A stretch of 62,371 nucleotides of DNA, the filler included, from Basidiobolus ranarum (taxonomy: Eukaryota): the NCBI GenBank assembly GCA_040143965.1. It is 26 parts of 26 records of this genome, joined end to end, with 100 filler letters (N's around TTAATTAATTAA, not from the genome) between each part and the next. Parts side by side here need not be neighbours in the genome. Positions count along the whole stretch, not along the records: positions 21,702 to 24,004 come from JASJQH010003494.1; positions 24,105 to 26,407 come from JASJQH010003495.1; positions 26,508 to 28,808 come from JASJQH010003496.1; positions 28,909 to 31,209 come from JASJQH010003497.1; positions 31,310 to 33,609 come from JASJQH010003498.1; 21 more parts are not named here. One strand, written 5' to 3'. Position 1 is the stretch's first letter, and each line of letters starts with the position of its first letter. A program made the translations under genes and the position numbers. Positions 23,058 through 33,709 of the stretch are shown here, piece by piece. The notes under the pieces are model-generated. The model was not told the DNA's origin and did not search any database. It saw nothing but the letters and a program-made list of their open reading frames with translations.

Positions 23058-24004
23058 TGTTGAAGTTTATTGTCTTTATCATATTGATTATCTCTATCTT
23101 TTTACACCTAACTATTTTGTATATCACATATTAGTTAGTCAACATTACTTAGTCAGATATTGCTTAACTCAAAATTGGAACATATATTTTAAAACAAGTG
23201 AATTATGTGAGAATTAGTAATTCTGTGTTGGAAATTTCAAACTCATCCAAATTGCCCCAAAGATAGCTCATTTTACTCCCACAGATGTTATGAACTCAAC
23301 ACCATTGTTAGTTTTCTGTATTTCCATCAGAATGTATAAATGCTTAATTTCTGGTAAAATAAATAATTATATCACAAAGCTATTCACAACTCCACTTTGC
23401 TAAAGTTCCTCCGAACAGTCCATATGTTCCCAATATGTTATGAGGCCTGTGTTCTAACCTTTGCATCATGACAGAAACCACTACTACCACTTTTATTAAC
23501 TCAAGTGTTGAAAAGCTTCATGGAGAAAATTACAATTTCTAAAAGTTCAAATGCTAATCATGCTGGAGGACAGGGAGCTTTGGGATGTTTTCTCTGGAGA
23601 TGAAAAGGAACCTTCTGACCTTTCTTTATTGGAAGCTTACAAGTAAGGAGACAAGAAGGTCTTTAATGTTGTTTGCCAAAGTTTGAAGGATTCACAACTT
23701 GTGAATATTTAACATGCAATGACTTCCCATCAGGCTTGGACTATATTGGAAGAGTGTTATGAAGCAAAGAGTCTTGCTAATGGACTCTTTCTCAGACAAA
23801 CATTCTTCAATATCAAGATGGAGAAGTCTGAAAGTTTGATTACTCATTTGAAAATGAGAGATCTTTGGCAAAACAACTGGAAAATATTGGTGGAACTTTA
23901 CAGGAAGAAGATGTCATGATGACTCTTCTAAGTAGTCTACCAGAGCAGTATTCAAACTTGGTCACAGCTTTGGAAGCAAGATCTGACAAGTTGTCTTTGG
24001 AGTT
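23058..24004 (+). mobile_element. Copia family C: 5' LTR (23058-23435), degenerate PBS and gag
   Basis: LTR matches the solo LTR at 59007-59381(-). Gag fragments EKLHGENYNF*KFK, AWTILEECYEAKSLANGLFL and TLLSSLPEQYSNLVTALE. Confidence 0.88.
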
Positions 24005-24159
24005 NNNNNNNNNNNNNNNNNNNNNNNNNNNNNNNNNNNNNNNNNNNNTTAATTAATTAANNNNNNNNNNNNNNNNNNNNNNNNNNNNNNNNNNNNNNNN
24101 NNNNTTTACATAGGTAATTGGGTTACTCGCATGACAGCATAGAATGCTCATATTTGCAT

Positions 24160-25385
24160 GAATAGAGGAAAGCTGCGTCAACAATATGAAAAAGAAATAT
24201 GATCGTCAAACAAATTGTCCAAACAAGAAAGCCTTTGAAATATAAGAAGCCAACCTCCGATACCGAGATCGCTTTGGCTTCCTTCTTGTGTAAAATATTT
24301 GATGGATGATATGTGTGTATTAGATGTGTGTATTAGTATGGGAGGCTCGTCTCTAGAAGTTGTACAGTAACTTGATTTTCGTTAACCAATGCTTTTGTGC
24401 ATTCATTAAGCAGCTTTCTATTATTAAGCCGGTTTCTAATGTTTGGATACAAAGCAAGAATTATTGAACACCTCAATTTAGCCAAAGTAAGTCGAAAGTT
24501 GTACTACAGAATTGCCATGACTTTTTTACTAATCCATATTTTCCATTACAGAATTGCCAGTAATCAGAATTATGCAGCATCCAACTATTCGAGCACTTGC
24601 AACACATTGGATGCCACTGGAGGTTTGCCCAACTATACTGGAGGTTTGCCCAACCATCCTGTTACAAGTAACAGAGTCAGGCGTGCCCATAGTCTTTGTC
24701 CATCCTGGTGTAGGTGAAGTCCTTATCTTTGTCAACTTGGCCAAGTATTTTGTAAATGAACGTCCGTTCCACGCATTGAGAGCTCAAGGATTTGATGAAA
24801 TCAATGGAAGAAATAGCCAATATCTATACTGCAACTATTTGTAAACCTCAACTGGAAGATCCCCACGCTGTAGCTGGATATTCTTATGGTGGGGTGGTAG
24901 CATATGAGATTGCCAAGCGATTGGAAGCTCAGAACCAACAAGAAGCTTTTGTCGGGCTAGTAAACATTCCGCCTCACATATACTAAATTGGAGTGAAGGA
25001 TTCTTGAATATATCTTACTTCTTAGACCTTATCACTAAAGAAGAGGCTAAGAAGGTTTCCGCTCATCTTCACTTCTTGACTTACGCAGACCAGATCAATT
25101 ATGTCTGGTCAAAAGCCTCCCCCGATAGAATCAAGGAGGTGGAGATTAATCAGATTCAACTAGAAAAATGGGTTGACATCGCCAAGTCTGCTCAAATGTG
25201 GTCGTAATTATGCATTGTAGAGAATGTATCAGTATTTTATGGCATATATTTTACGTCATACCTCTTGCTGGAAAGAAGGAATATTGGTTGAGTGAAATGC
25301 TCAAAGGATGGGATGAGTTCACTCGAGAGGCTAACAATTACATCGATGTCCCTGGTGACCATTACACGCTCATGAACCATCAAAC
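24160..25385 (+). pseudogene. A-T-TE NRPS-like (atromentin/quinone-synthetase type) pseudogene: end of A domain, T domain and TE domain
   Basis: KPTSDTE, GGSSLEV (T-domain serine), HPTIRALA, FVHPGVGEVLIFVNLAKYFVNERPFHALRAQGF, AGYSYGGVVAYEIAK, VGLVNIPPHI and DVPGDHYTLM. Several frameshifts and a 21-bp tandem duplication at about 24616-24657. Confidence 0.88.
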
Positions 25386-25569
25386 TAAACATAGCTCAGG
25401 AGACTGCAAAGGCAGATATAATTATTGTTCAAACTTAGGTAATGCATTCTGAGGTAGAGACTGGCCAAGAGTAGGTAGATCTCCGGGTATAGTATCAGCG
25501 GAATCTGTATTTGTTATTTTCTGTGCATCATTACTCTCATTGTTGAATTTGAACCTATTATTTCCAAAT

Positions 25570-26407
25570 AAAGGCTACATCTCTTGGTAGGTTTTTCCAG
25601 CACCACCATTACCATCACCATCTCCACCCTTTCCAGCGTCACAGGCACTAGCTCTATTGCCATTATCCCTTCCATTACCAGAACCACCATGACTATTTCC
25701 GCCCTTTCCAGTATCTTAGACACCAGCTCCATTGCCATTGTTGCCATTACCATTGTCTCCTCCATTTCTTGTACCATTGTTTCCATCTCCATTGCTATTA
25801 ACATCCTTTCCAGTATCATATGATCCAGCTCTATTGCCACCGTTGTCATTGCCATTATCCCCTTCATTACCAGAACCACCGTTACCATCACCATTTCCAT
25901 TTCAAGCCATTCCAGTACCGTAGGTACTAGCTCCATGGCCACCATTGCCATTGTCTCAACTGTTTCAAGTATCATGAGGGCCAGCTCCTTCACCGCTGCT
26001 GTCATTGCTATTATCTCCTCTGTTGCCGGAACAACCATTTCCAGCACTGCTTCCACTACCACTCTTTCTAGAACCATAAGTGCTAGCTCCTTGATTGCCA
26101 TTACCATTGAAAATATCACCTCCATGACCTTTGCCACTGTTACTGTTGCTGTTCCCATTGCTACCCTTACTGGCACCATGTGCACCAGCTCTGGTGCCGC
26201 TATTTCTATTATGATTAGTTAAATTGTCTCCTCCATTTCCAAGCAAATGGTCCAATTTTGTACTCTTACCGAAGGAGTAGCGTGGGCTAATAGGTGGTAG
26301 GGCTAAAAGGTAGGATAAGTCCACTCTTGCCGTATGCACTCTTACTGGAATGGTTTTAACCCTAACCCTTTTTGACCAATCAAATGGTTTGATTTTGCAC
26401 TCTTACC
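25570..26407 (-). pseudogene. Gly/Asn-rich repeat protein pseudogene, second copy
   Basis: ORF 25965..26339 shows the GN frame (GNGGDN...GAGAHGASKGSNGN). Stops at 25965, 25956 and 25716. Paralog of 15420-16370. Confidence 0.7.
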
Positions 26408-26507
26408 NNNNNNNNNNNNNNNNNNNNNNNNNNNNNNNNNNNNNNNNNNNNTTAATTAATTAANNNNNNNNNNNNNNNNNNNNNNNNNNNNNNNNNNNNN
26501 NNNNNNN

Positions 26508-26747
26508 TGCTGTAACTGCAGTGACTAAATCTTGACAGCTCATCTTATCAAGATCTGTGGCGACATATCCAGATTTCTCGGGCTTTCCAACGCAAACAGC
26601 TACATCTAAACTAGCACCCAGAGTGTTGAGCTTATCCACTAGGCCCGTACAATACTTTCTTGAACTAGGATTTATTACATCATATACTGGTAATGCGGTA
26701 GTAGCGGAGAGTATGGCCACAAAAGCAACTGCAGAGGTGTATTTCAT
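26508..26747 (-). CDS. Secreted protein of unknown function, 5' part
   Basis: Signal peptide MKYTSAVAFVAILSATTA; TATAAAA about 65 nt upstream; motif CxxLVxxLxxLG...VC starts to repeat (CQDLVTAV). Truncated by the contig end. Confidence 0.75.
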
Positions 26748-28711
26748 AATATTTAGATGGGTGGAAGATGTGCTGAAGTATATACTACTGAGCAGTCCGA
26801 GAGAGGATTTTATAGCAATGATTATTCAGGAGTTTTCTCATTACACCAAAGAATGATCAAACCATATTAGTATCTGGTTAGTTTATTGTGAGCTAGTATA
26901 TCACCTTCATTGCTCCTCAATTACCGACCTTGCCGGAAAGAGCTCTTAATGGTAGCTTAATTTATTGATGAAACCTCGATTCAATACTTGAAGGGAAACG
27001 GAAATAAGCATCTCCTAAATAAACCAAGTTAACTCTCAGTAAATCAATACCACTCCCAATTTCTTGCAATATCTAATGAGCCCCTTGCACTGTACGAAGC
27101 AATCAATTGGATTGGAACAAATTCAAAACCAAAAACATTGATTCAACTGCTCATTTTGAGTAACTGAACTTCTATATGAAATGGTTAATTATCACTCGTT
27201 TATTGTGATTATTACACCAATTGGTTACAGTAACCACGGGAAGTGTGCCGAATTGTTGACATCTGAATAGGGTATCACACAAACTTGGGTTGGGGCCCCT
27301 CGGCCAGCAAGCGACTCTTTAGAACAACTATAGCCAGTTATAGGAGCCAAAGTGTTATAATCTTCCCAAATTAACCTAAATACACTGACAGCTGTCTATT
27401 CTGCCCTCATATCCAAATCAACAAAGAATGTGGGAAATGCTCTTTGAGCTTTGAAAAGCCAATTGTTGGTAAAGTGATTATGACTCATATATCACGAAGT
27501 TATGCTTGATGGTTTACAGTTATCTTAAATTTAGTAACATTATTTATTCTCACTTTCGTTACTGTTTCAACGCATGTCCATCTGATAGAGTGAGGTACCA
27601 CAAAGCATTCACTCTGGCTTGATCTTACCATCATTGCTTTTATGTAAGTAGTTCTGCCAATAGCATCACCTACTGGAACTTCCATACCACTCTGTAGTCT
27701 CACCGTTCTGTGAAATATAGAATGCGCCATACTACAACTATTGACTGGTATAGTTGAAGTACTGAGCTGTCAGGTTGAATCTCATTCACGTAGGTGAGTT
27801 AATTATTTACCATAACTTGTGGAGTTTATTAAATGAGATTCTCTTCAGTATCTTCGTATATATTTCTGGGTATTGACTAGTAATCAAGAACATAGTGAAT
27901 AGTTAATGATTGGTAATGGCAAATAGCGCGTAATCAAGATTAAACTACTTGCCTCATCACCTGCTACATGAATTTCTTCCATTCACAACTTTTCTAAAAC
28001 AAATGTCGGCGGGCACGGTGGCGTTAAAAATATACAAAATGAGAATGAAATCGTTGTAACATTCTACGCACTTTTCCTCTCACTGATATAGCTGATACCA
28101 TATCTATAGGCTCTTAATGTATGTAAATCAACTTAATCGTTAGAAATGATGATAAATGTAATCTTACCATTCAGTAGGTAAAAGGCACATCATAAAGATA
28201 AATAAAATCCTATGTAAATTCTACCAGTTAATGCAGTAGTTATTTAAAACTGTTTTTGGTCGGATTAAGGTTAGACTTCGTAACTGACCCAACTGCTCTG
28301 TAATCAAGCTCAAGTGGAGAGACTTCATCCATATAAGGCTAGTATATTGGGAAATGTTCTAGATCACTCTTTTGTTAAACACTGCCGATCGGGATCGCAA
28401 TTTTAAACCGTGGTTCCTTAATTAGCAATAGAAGTGAGTTTCTAATTTTGGAATCGATCTCTCCAATATTCCTATAACTTCGTTCATTCAATAGGGATGC
28501 TTGTCAATACTACTACTGTATGGTAATTTTCTTCTATTGGACAGTGGGCCCTACAGTACTTGAGCTTGGTTAAGCTTCTGTATTCCAGGCCCATCTATCC
28601 TAGTCTAATCTCATTTGAAGAATAGGTGATTTCTGTTCCAAGTAATCAGGATGTTTGGTGGCAACTGCGTATAAATACCACCCATATCATTCCAGAGAAG
28701 TATACAAAATC

Positions 28712-28808
28712 ATGAAGTTCTCCAATTTACTCACTGCCGTTTTCGCTTTTTCCGGGGTTGCTGTCTCCTTTGATGCTAATGTACTACTCGCTCTAGTTAA
28801 CCAACAGC
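28712..28808 (+). CDS. Secreted protein, probably CAP/SCP domain, 5' part
   Basis: TATAAATA at about 28670. MKFSNLLTAVFAFSGVAVS signal, then LLALVNQQ(R), typical of the first CAP-domain helix. Only 32 codons are visible. Confidence 0.6.
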
Positions 28809-28908
28809 NNNNNNNNNNNNNNNNNNNNNNNNNNNNNNNNNNNNNNNNNNNNTTAATTAATTAANNNNNNNNNNNNNNNNNNNNNNNNNNNNNNNNNNNN
28901 NNNNNNNN

Positions 28909-29017
28909 AAATCCCTGGCAGAATGCAAGCCAACAATATTGTGACGGTTCTCTGACGGTTTTGCTATTTCAGAGGGTGGATCCGATCCGGATCAAATCGA
29001 TTTTATTTTTGTTAGGG
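28909..29017 (+). mobile_element. CMC/EnSpm right terminus (...GATTTTATTTTTGTTAGGG), young CpG-retaining copy
   Basis: Same subterminal sequence as follows the transposase at 6945-7028 and 33520-33609. The terminal 13 bp are inverted relative to the left end, with one mismatch. Confidence 0.88.
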
Positions 29018-30885
29018 GTACTGGTTGATAGGTCCACATGAGTTAAGTTTCAGTTTCAGCACCCATCTATTACCAATAGTTTTTCTTCCTGTAGGTAGGT
29101 CTACAAGGATGCATGTGTTATTCTTAATTAGGGAGTGAATTTCATCATCATTGGCTTTTCTCCATTCTGTCACTTCATCAGATTTCAGAGCTTGTGTCAA
29201 ATTTTCTGATTCAGAAAATGCTATATTTGCAGATACATTCCACCCTTTTTGTGAATTGAAACTGTTGATTCATGCTCTGATTTGAGATATCCAAAGTCCT
29301 TGGTAGAATGGTCAGATGTTTCACTTACAGGATCTTTCTGATTTCCACTTGGTAGGATTTCTGAGACCTGATTGTCTGAATTTTGTGATTGCTTGAATAC
29401 TTGTTGTGATTGATTGCATACTTACAATAATTGTTTGCATCCAATCTCAGCCAAATTGAGAGTAGTATATTTCTTTGGTATTTGATTGGTCAGAAAACTA
29501 TTGCCTTGTTTCTGAGCCCAATTTCCTGATTTCTGATTGGCTGGAAAATATCCTTTTTCTGATTACTATACTTTTTATTGGCAGAGAAAACATGCTGATT
29601 TCCGGAAGCTGGTTCCAAATTATCAGTATCCTCAGAGTAATTATCAGGTTTGCTGGTATGAATTGGTGCATTTCCCATGCTGCCTAACATTTCACTACTT
29701 GTGTAGCTGCTTGATTGCAGAATATCATATAATAGTTTATTGGCCTTGGTTTCAGTACTCATGGTGAAGTTTGAGACAGGATTATTGCTTGCTTGTTTTC
29801 TGCTAGGAATATTCATCACTGAGATTGAAAATGATTTGAGCTTTGTTATATATTCATTGGTGGCTGATGTTTAAGACCTTGTCCCAGATGTGATATTTTC
29901 AAAATTTGGATAATGTTGATAGATAGTTTCGGATTCCAAATATGGCCTAATTCCAGTATCTATTTCCAATGTATCATTTTCCAAGTTGGTTTCAGTACTT
30001 GTTAGCTCAAGATTGGTTTCAGAACTTGTTAACTCAGAATTCAAGTTGTTGAGAAATTGATTTTCAGCCAAAATCAAATTCCCTTGATTAGAAGATTTGA
30101 GATTTTCTTGAATGAATATGGTATCTCTGGAGTTGATGATTTGATTTGTGCCAGCAATCAGGAGACAACAGCCTTTGTTCTGATATCCTAATAGGATACA
30201 TTTAATTGCCTTTTTGTCCAATTTCCTATGCTAAGGTTTAGAAATATGAGTATATACTATAAATCCAAAAATTCTGAGGTGATTCAGATTAGGCTGGTTT
30301 CCAGTCCAGATTTCAATATGAGTTTTGGAATCATGCCTGCTACATGTTGGACTTCTATTTTGGAGATATGTAGCTGCTAAAATAGCTTCATCCCAACAGG
30401 TCTTGGGCAGATCTGAATTAATCTGCATTGTATGTGCTTTCTCAACTAAAGTACTATTCATCCTTTCTGCAACTCCATTTTGTTCTGCACTATATGGAAT
30501 AGTTAATTGTTGTGGAATTCCCTTTTCTTGAAAAAAGCTAGTCATGGCTTCATTGCTAAATTCAGTTCCATTACCACTGCATATGTATTTGATTTTTCTT
30601 CCTGTTATGGATGTGCCCATTGCTTCATATATCCCAAAATATTAAAGCACTTCTCCTTTGCTTGACAGAAGATATAAAACTGTGAAGTGAAATTTATCAT
30701 CAATAAAGATGAGTAGATATTGTTGCTTACTTGGTGTCAGAGTTTGCATTGGGCCACATAAGTCTGTATGAATAAGATCCAATAAATATTTGGCTTGGCT
30801 AGCTCCTTCTTTTGGAAATGGCTTTCTGGTGATTTTCCCTTGAATACAGCTTTCACATTTAGTAATATCTGAGGGCTTCAGATCC
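29018..30885 (-). mobile_element. Copia pol fragment: pre-integrase, integrase, linker and RT start
   Basis: CESCIQGK, LIHTDLCGPM, FIDD, EQNGVAERMN and LVDLPTGRKTIGNRWV motifs. The linker at 29570-29730 matches window positions 1-160. Confidence 0.93.
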
Positions 30886-30889
30886 ATTA

Positions 30890-31209
30890 CAGTACAGACT
30901 CAAATCCAGGTGATTTTGGGCAAGATTCTGCACAGTTTCCAAAATGTTAAACCACTCATCATCAGAGCAAGTGATGGCAGCTCTCACATTCAGAGTTGTT
31001 TGGTTTGCCAGTTTTCCTATGAGAATTCTACTTTTGTGTGCCCAAGCAATTTTGGGTTGTTGTGTAGGCTTGATGGTCCAACACATATTCTGCTCTACTA
31101 GATTGTCATGGTGACATTCATATGTATGGTGTGAGATTGACTGAAATCCTGTACGAGAATGGATGGAGGGAGCAGCATGTTGCTGTAGCTCAAGTACAGC
31201 ATTCTGAAG
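30890..31209 (-). mobile_element. CMC ORF X fragment
   Basis: TIKPTQQPKIAWAHKSRILIGKLANQTTLNVRAA...NHLDLS matches the other ORF X copies. Confidence 0.8.
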
Positions 31210-31309
31210 NNNNNNNNNNNNNNNNNNNNNNNNNNNNNNNNNNNNNNNNNNNNTTAATTAATTAANNNNNNNNNNNNNNNNNNNNNNNNNNNNNNNNNNN
31301 NNNNNNNNN

Positions 31310-31696
31310 CAATGGTGGGCTTTGATGGAGATATTGACACAAACTTGTGTTGGGTATGAGCTAAACCTTGGGTATGAAGAACTCTATAAAAATATTCAGG
31401 AGAATATATCAAAGAGACTAGAGATTTCAAAGGTGACAAATTAGCGTTCAAGTGGTAATTGTGTAAAATTTGAGTTACATTTTTTGCACATGTGTTGATC
31501 CATAGTTCTCTGTGATTTTAGCCAATCATTTGCAACTATTTTGTGAGATCTTGAAATTTCACTCCTGAAACTGAAAAAATTGATTAAAATCAAATCTAAC
31601 TTGACAATTTTATGACAGTAAGTAAATGGTCAATCCCTAATGGATTAAAATTGTGATGGTTTTCCTATGATAACAATCCTCAAATTTCTATTAGGG
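31310..31696 (+). mobile_element. CMC ORF X 3' end and left terminus, inserted into a CMC transposase copy
   Basis: Near-identical to 33710-34064 and 52893-53232. Ends TTAGGG. Confidence 0.85.
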
Positions 31697-33092
31697 TACT
31701 ATCCAAACACAACACTAAACTCCATGCTCTTACTGGCAAGAGCCAGGTCAGATTTCAACATGATCACTCACATCAATTCACTCAATTGTCAGTCTAACAT
31801 CAAGCATGATATTAGCTGTAAGCATAAGATTATTTTGCTAAAGGGGATCAGCTGGAGCCAGAGCTTCCCATTAGGCAGTATGCACTTACTATTCAACAAC
31901 ATTCCAATACTACTTACTCAGCTATATAGTGACAAATCAATATGAATGTGCTATTTGAGATAGGATCACAGTTTGAATCAATTGGGAAAATGCTTCAAAA
32001 TTCAAGATACCATCATATTTTACCAGGACTCCTATCAATATCCACTCATCTAGGCATTTATTCAAATGCAAAGATTGGAAGTATTGGATTTGTATGTGTT
32101 CAAGTAGAATTTGGAAATGTTTCTGCCTGATAAGTATTGGCAACATTGGGAGTTGTTTGTTGATATTGTTAATATATTCTTACAACATCAACTCACTTTG
32201 GCATATCTCAGGCAGATACAGCAACTGTGTGAAGCTTTTGTAGTTGGATATGAAAAACTTTGGTACAGGCTTAAAGAAGATGGACTGAATCTTTGTCAGT
32301 ATTCAATACATTCCCTGCTTCATCTTTCACAACACTTAGAGATTATAAGCTCCTGCTCTACATTCTGGGAGTTCCCAATGGAGTACACTTGTGGTGAAAT
32401 GATGCTCCATGTGAAATTGTCAGTATTACTGTATGCTAATCTGATTAACAATGTATCAGCAAAATCAGTAATGGATGTAAAGCAATTGGTTAAGGAGACT
32501 CCAGAGTATATTAACCTTCCAACAAAGGGCTCTTTTAATGTGCTCATGGATTTTTGCTTTGTTTGAGCCCAATAACAACAACAAAGCCAAATCCATGGAC
32601 ACAGAATAAGTACCTCTATAATTTGGACTAATTTGTTTGTTTAATAATCTGATGGTATTTATAGGAAAGCTGCAAGACAGACTTCTTGGTGAGATAGATC
32701 AAGATACACAGTATTATTGTTTTAGCCATGGGGTAATCTATTCAAGCAATGACACATCTACTTATGGCAGGACACTTGTTGACTGCAAGTTGGGGATATA
32801 TTGGCTGAATTCTTTATGGAAACTTGCCAAAATACAAGAGCTAATTCTCATTGTGAATGGTAACAAGTGTCAGTGCTATTCAAAACTTCAAATGTTTAGC
32901 AATTTTCTACCATTAGTTTGCTGGTGAATTATTGATGTTGTTGAGATATGTCTAATCAGTCAAGTATGTACATATGAAGAGACTAAACATAACAAGATTC
33001 TTGTATTTTTTGGTTCTCAGTATGGCTGGAATACAAAGCCTAAAATATCTAAATATTGGCATGTATATTGATTCAAATTCTTACAGCAGTAA

Positions 33093-33374
33093 TATTGAAA
33101 TTGTTTAGGGAGAATTATTGGTCTGGCCAGGATTTGAACCTGGGACCTCCTTCACTCTAGCAAGGTGCCCTAATCACTGAGCTACCAGTCCTTCTATGCT
33201 ATGTCCATATTGCTAGGGAGCCTTAACCTAGTCTGTCAATGTATGGTACTTTGGCATGTCAGCTATACAAGCAACTGATTGGCCTTAAACTGTGTGTTTG
33301 GATGCAGTCACCATACTGCATATTTTCCTCTTTAGGAATTACTGTTTGTAGCACAAGTCACCCAACTTTCAACA
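33093..33374 (-). mobile_element. 282-bp solo LTR containing a tRNA-like sequence (family D)
   Basis: Minus-strand termini TGTTGAAA...TTTCAATA. Flanked by AGTAA (33088-33092) and AGCAA (33375-33379). The empty site is visible at about 6796-6806. Second copy at 59853-59977. Confidence 0.85.
33119..33191 (-). ncRNA. tRNA-derived cloverleaf / Pol III promoter inside LTR D (73 nt)
   Basis: GGACTGG TAGCTCAGTGATTAGGGC A CCTTG CTAGAGT GAAGG AGGTC CCAGG TTCAAAT CCTGG CCAGACC A. It has A box, B box and four arms, with mismatches in the acceptor and anticodon stems. Confidence 0.8.
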
Positions 33375-33709
33375 AGCAAACCCAGTAATTTGCCATTTGA
33401 AAATTATATTTTTGTAAAAATTGCCAGATATTGAATAATGCTTGCCAAATTTGAGGATCAACATTTTGACATGTATGAATAGTGTCAAAATACTGTCAAG
33501 AAACTGCCATCACACCATCAAAATCCCTGGCAGGATGCAAGCCACCAATATTGTGATGGTTCACTGATGGTTTTACTATTTTGGAGGGTGGATCTGATCC
33601 AGATCAAATNNNNNNNNNNNNNNNNNNNNNNNNNNNNNNNNNNNNNNNNNNNNTTAATTAATTAANNNNNNNNNNNNNNNNNNNNNNNNNNNNNNNNNNN
33701 NNNNNNNNN

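Larger units (their letters stand above)
31697..33609 (+). mobile_element. CMC/EnSpm transposase (central and C-terminal part, degenerate) and right subterminal region
   Basis: SFPLGSMHLLFNNI (FPxDxMH-like); LPDKYWQHWELFV...FVVGYEKLWY...CQYSIHSLLHL...FWEFPMEYTCG (HxxxHL...WxFPMER motif of Tnp2-type transposases). Confidence 0.9.

Noticed and set aside
33119-33191. Functional tRNA-Ser(AGA) gene or a simple tRNA-SINE
   Set aside because: It has stem mismatches, no long variable arm, and no terminator or tail. It is embedded at a fixed position in a unit with LTR-type ends and a 5-bp TSD.
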